From Klebsormidium nitens (taxonomy: Eukaryota > Plantae > Klebsormidiophyceae): a stretch of 64,000 nucleotides of DNA. Of this stretch, positions 60,401 through 64,000 are shown one piece after another (position 1 is the stretch's first letter; the number at the start of each line of letters is the position of its first letter). The notes under the pieces are model-generated. The model had not been told where the DNA came from. It saw only the letters and a list, made by a program, of their open reading frames with translations, and did no database searches. Both the position numbers and the translations under genes were made by a program. The stretch spans positions 124,001 through 188,000 of the forward strand of contig DF236979.1 in NCBI GenBank assembly GCA_000708835.1, read 5' to 3'.

Positions 60401-60738
60401 GGCATCTGCCACCACCTCTTTTTCACAGCTGCTTTGTACAGCGGGCTGAGCCCATGTTTGTTCAGCAAAAACGCCGCCCGGTCTTTAAAGAGCTTCGACA
60501 CGCGTTCCACCTCCTTGCCTAAGATGGGCCAAAACCCCCCGTCGCATGCGGTGCACAACGCCCGAACGGGTCTGTGGGAAGACTGGCACACGAAGATGTC
60601 GGGAGGGGGAATGGAGGGATCCCGCTTCCGGCACTGCGAAAGCGGCTGCTTGAGCTTCTTGTAAGAGATGCAAATCGACGCAAAGTCCTCGTTCAGCTCA
60701 TACTGGCGGAACCACCGGAACTGGCTGCTGAACTTCAT
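57490..60738 (-). CDS. NLA: SPX-RING E3 ubiquitin ligase (NLA/BAH1-like), 5 exons
   Basis: Exons 60738-60258, 59430-59168, 58715-58572, 57839-57781, 57547-57490. SPX motifs MKF, ISYKKLKQ, VNALAVRKVCKKYDK; C3HC4 RING [28 protein letters not shown]...CPMCRQ; C-terminus RFPKEWQER. Confidence 0.93.
57749..57773. repeat. (GGAAC)5 microsatellite next to the NLA exon 4 donor
   Basis: Seen directly. Confidence 0.8.
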
Positions 60739-61330
60739 GCTGGGAGTGGCATTGTAGACAGGGCCCCCTCGCTCGGGTCGCTCACAAGACCTTAAGAGAA
60801 CCACAACTCCTCAGACTGCACCACTTCCACCCCCCCTTTCCAAATCTTGTGGCGAGCTCCCTCAGAGTCAGAGTTATGTGAGTTGTTTGTCTGACGCCAT
60901 TTGCGCCGAGTTTCTTGCAAGCTTTGCCATTGCAGGCCCATGCATGTGCCTTTTGCTGCAAGGCAGCGAGGGTCAGGTCAACCGTCAAGTACAGGCTGGC
61001 AACGATTTTAGGGTTCCCCGCCACGGCAATGGTTAATTGGCCGTGGCGGTAATGGTTTGCTTTCTGTTTGCGCAACTTGCAAATCAACTTGAACTTAATC
61101 ACGTGATGGTGTTGACAGGCGAGCAGTTTGAATCTTGATCGTCGATCTTACCAAGTGGGAAGTGATCGTACGACCGTGGTATGGATCTGCTCCTCAAGAT
61201 CTTATCGTACGGCACACATTCCCACCATGTGAACGCGGTTCGATGAGCTGTTTTCGGATGTGGTAACTCAGTCATGTGACCGCACTCCAGTCCTTCCCCG
61301 GCAGCGAGCCATTGTGCTGCAACCTTCGTA

Positions 61331-61946
61331 CCGTAGTGGCACGACCCATTCGCACCAAAAATAACTCGTAAGGCCTTGGTGCGAAAAACTCCGGAAATTA
61401 TTTAAATTGGTGCGAACGAGCGAAATGGAAATAAACGCAGATGAAGCCGGAAACTGCGTAGGAATAGGCTNNNNNNNNNNNNNNNNNNNNNNNNNNNNNN
61501 NNNNNNNNNNNNNNNNNNNNNNNNNNNNNNNNNNNNNNNNNNNNNNNNNNNNNNNNNNNNNNNNNNNNNNNNNNNNNNNNNNNNNNNNNNNNNNNNNNNN
61601 NNNNNNNNNNNNNNNNNNNNNNNNNNNNNNNNNNNNNNNNNNNNNNNNNNNNNNNNNNNNNNNNNNNNNNNNNNNNNNNNNNNNNNNNNNNNNNNNNNNN
61701 NNNNNNNNNNNNNNNNNNNNNNNNNNNNNNNNNNNNNNNNNNNNNNNNNNNNNNNNNNNNNNNNNNNNNNNNNNNNNNNNNNNNNNNNNNNNNNNNNNNN
61801 NNNNNTCATCACGTTGGACTACGGTACACAGAAAATCTGCCCTTGTGCGAAAACAATTTATCCCCCAAAACCCTGGTGCGAAATCAGAAAAGGGGAAAAA
61901 AACAATTTTCGTAAGAGCTTGGTGCGAATGGGTCGTGCCACTGCGG
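61331..61946. mobile_element. TA-flanked TIR element (Tc1/mariner-type, probably non-autonomous) spanning the assembly gap
   Basis: Left CCGTAGTGGCACGACCCATTCGCACCAA (61331-61358) and right TTGGTGCGAATGGGTCGTGCCACTGCGG (61919-61946) are inverted repeats with 1 mismatch. TA lies on both sides (61329-30, 61947-48). Subterminal TGGTGCGAA motifs are repeated. Confidence 0.85.
61471..61805. other. Assembly gap (335 N)
   Basis: Run of Ns. Confidence 1.
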
Positions 61947-62597
61947 TAGTACGCGTTTCGAGTTGATGACTAGCACTGCGCACTTCTGATTGGAAGGGTT
62001 ACGTGTGCTGCACATGCAAGATGTATTGGGTCTTGTAGAAACGTCTCCAACGCTTCCGATCCCATGCACGCCCCCTCCAACTTTGCCTGGTCACAATTAG
62101 TTGACCGCCGCGAGACACGAATTTTCATGCCTCAAGGGACAAGCATGCATCGATCCAACAAATGACCTTGCATCATCTTTCAATCAAAGTTGGATGCATG
62201 CTCGCTAATGATCGACGCTTTCGATCCATTGCAGTCCCTCCCTAGTGGATTAACACACATATTGTATTGTCATGGTTTCCTGTCTATATTCCAGAACCAC
62301 AAAGTCGCAGTTCTTTTATGATTCATATACAAAGACATTATCCATCACAGAGGCTCAGTTGAGCGGCCTTCGTGCCATTCTTAAACAACAGGCACGATTT
62401 CGGTAAGATTGAAGTGGCTGCAGCGGAGTCCGAATGCATAATGTATCTTGAGCGCTGCACCTAATAATATTGTTCCTCTCCACATTCTGGGGAGTTGACA
62501 AGCTTTTCCAACTTTACAGTAAAACGTTTTTATCTCGATGGTCGTAGTTGTTCATCAATTGATCAAAACCAACACGTGTATCGATCATAAACTTCCG

Positions 62598-63705
62598 TTA
62601 TTGCACGGTATTGAGTACGGAGGGGGTGTTATTCGTCATGACCACCGAGAAACCCCGTCCGTGTGACGGAAGTTTCGACGCTACGACTTCTTTCCCTTCC
62701 GTTTCGAGCTCGAGATCGCCCCGGTCTAGGAGCTTGAGCATGTCGTCATCCGAGATTTCACCACTCTGCACCAGCTCGTCGCGCTCGTCCATCTCGGGCT
62801 CGAGCATGGCGCGCAACTCGTTCTCCTGCATAAGCAAAACCCGAAAAAAATTAAAATTTAGATGAAGCACGCGCAACTCGTTTATCCTCTGTAAGGAAAA
62901 CCTCAGAACTTAGACAGAGATCCGGATGGGAAAGCGCGCAACTCAATCTCCTGCGTAAGCGTGCAACTCGATCTCCTGCGTAAGCAACACTCAAACGTAC
63001 TAAGACAGACTTCTCAATGGAACGCGTGAAGTTCATTCTCCTCCGTAAGCGACATTTGGAGACCCAGACGAACTTTGTCATTTGCCTTACGACATTCCGA
63101 AGTCGAACCCTGAAGTAGACATAGGTGACACAGAATGATACTGCGTTACTTCTGACAACGGGAGTCGGGGCCGGTCGATTCAGCACCGTTTGCATCAAGC
63201 AACTCGAGTAACTGAATCAGGACTTGAACTATGAATTGACGATTTTCTAGGAACCCAAAAGGGGGAACCCAAAGGCAACATGTTCCGCTCGTTTTCCCCT
63301 CGTCCAGGCTACAAAAGCCTTCGGGAGCCGTTCAATGTTCTGAGGGATGCCCTTTCCAATCAATCGGGTCCTTTACGCCATCGCAAAACGGTGGATTGTG
63401 AAAAGATGCATTGAGAAATGGAAACATGAAAACACGAAGAAATCACAATCCATTGAGAAATGGAAACATGAAAACACGAAGAAAGAGCAGAGGGAAACCA
63501 TAGAGCAAACGTCTGAGCCCTGTGTATGATCTTTTGACGCTTGAATTGCGCAGTAGACGCATCACAGTTTCTGATTGATAGGCGTCAGACAGCGTACCTG
63601 GACCGATGCGGGTTGGTCCTTCAAGTTTTCGATGCGGAAGTTGCCCTTGGTGATGACCATATGCTCCAGCTTCAGCTTGCCTCCGGCCTTCTCGAGCATC
63701 TTGCA
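62598..63705 (-). CDS. DDM1: 3' end (last two exons) of a DDM1/LSH-type SNF2 chromatin remodeller; the rest of the gene lies beyond the window
   Basis: Exons 63705-63598 (CKMLEKAGGKLKLEHMVITKGNFRIEN...) and 62825-62598 (ENELRAMLE...DELVQSGEISDDDMLKLLDRGDL...GRGFSVV...*) match the KLKLEHVVI.KG.F / ISD.DL..LLDRSDL tail of DDM1. Confidence 0.82.
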
Positions 63706-64000
63706 CTGCAGAGACACGAGTACCCAAGAAAGGGGTTTAGAAGCAGGTCACCGGAGCATAAGCGCCAAATGATGAGTCAGGAAGCAGGTTCCAGACAATG
63801 TCCTAAAGCTTCAGCTTGTCTCCGGCCCTCTCGAGCATCTATTACTGCAGAGACACGAGCGCCAAAGCAAGGGTTAAGAAGCAGGTTACGCGGATGATAA
63901 CCGCCAAGACCGGGAGTCGGAAGTTATTCTTTCCAGAGGCTTATTTCAGAGCGCGGAGCACTGCTGTTTCGACAGCAGGTTTCGACGATTGAGCAGCAGG

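Noticed and set aside
61402-61949. ORFs of 136 and 180 aa
   Set aside because: They run through the N gap and are artefacts.

Overview
This is eukaryotic nuclear DNA from an intron-rich streptophyte. GC3-rich exons, introns mostly 0.2-2 kb and plant-type proteins suggest a charophyte alga such as Klebsormidium (inference). I assembled ten spliced genes by hand from GT-AG junctions and protein motifs: NADP-malic enzyme (+), SCP2 (-), an orphan coiled-coil gene (+), a HAD-IG 5'-nucleotidase (-), a LITAF/GILP protein (+), a MORN-repeat protein (-), NDUFAF5 (+), a PHR1-like MYB-CC factor (+), an NLA-like SPX-RING E3 ligase (-) and the 3' end of a DDM1-like SNF2 remodeller (-). The window also holds a mitochondrial SSU rRNA fragment (NUMT), two TIR elements and one assembly gap. 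The most unusual signal is a repeated 'splice-junction echo' architecture. At ten or more exon boundaries in four unrelated genes, the adjacent intron holds 1-6 tandem, progressively decayed copies of intron tail + acceptor + exon head (upstream) or exon tail + donor + intron head (downstream). Many copies keep their AG/GT, and several differ from the real exon mainly at third codon positions. Secondary signals are a tail-to-tail PHR/NLA pair with intact SPX-PHR interface residues and TGACGTCA palindromes concentrated at branch-point distance from acceptors. Coordinates were read by eye and may be off by a few bases. No database searches were run.
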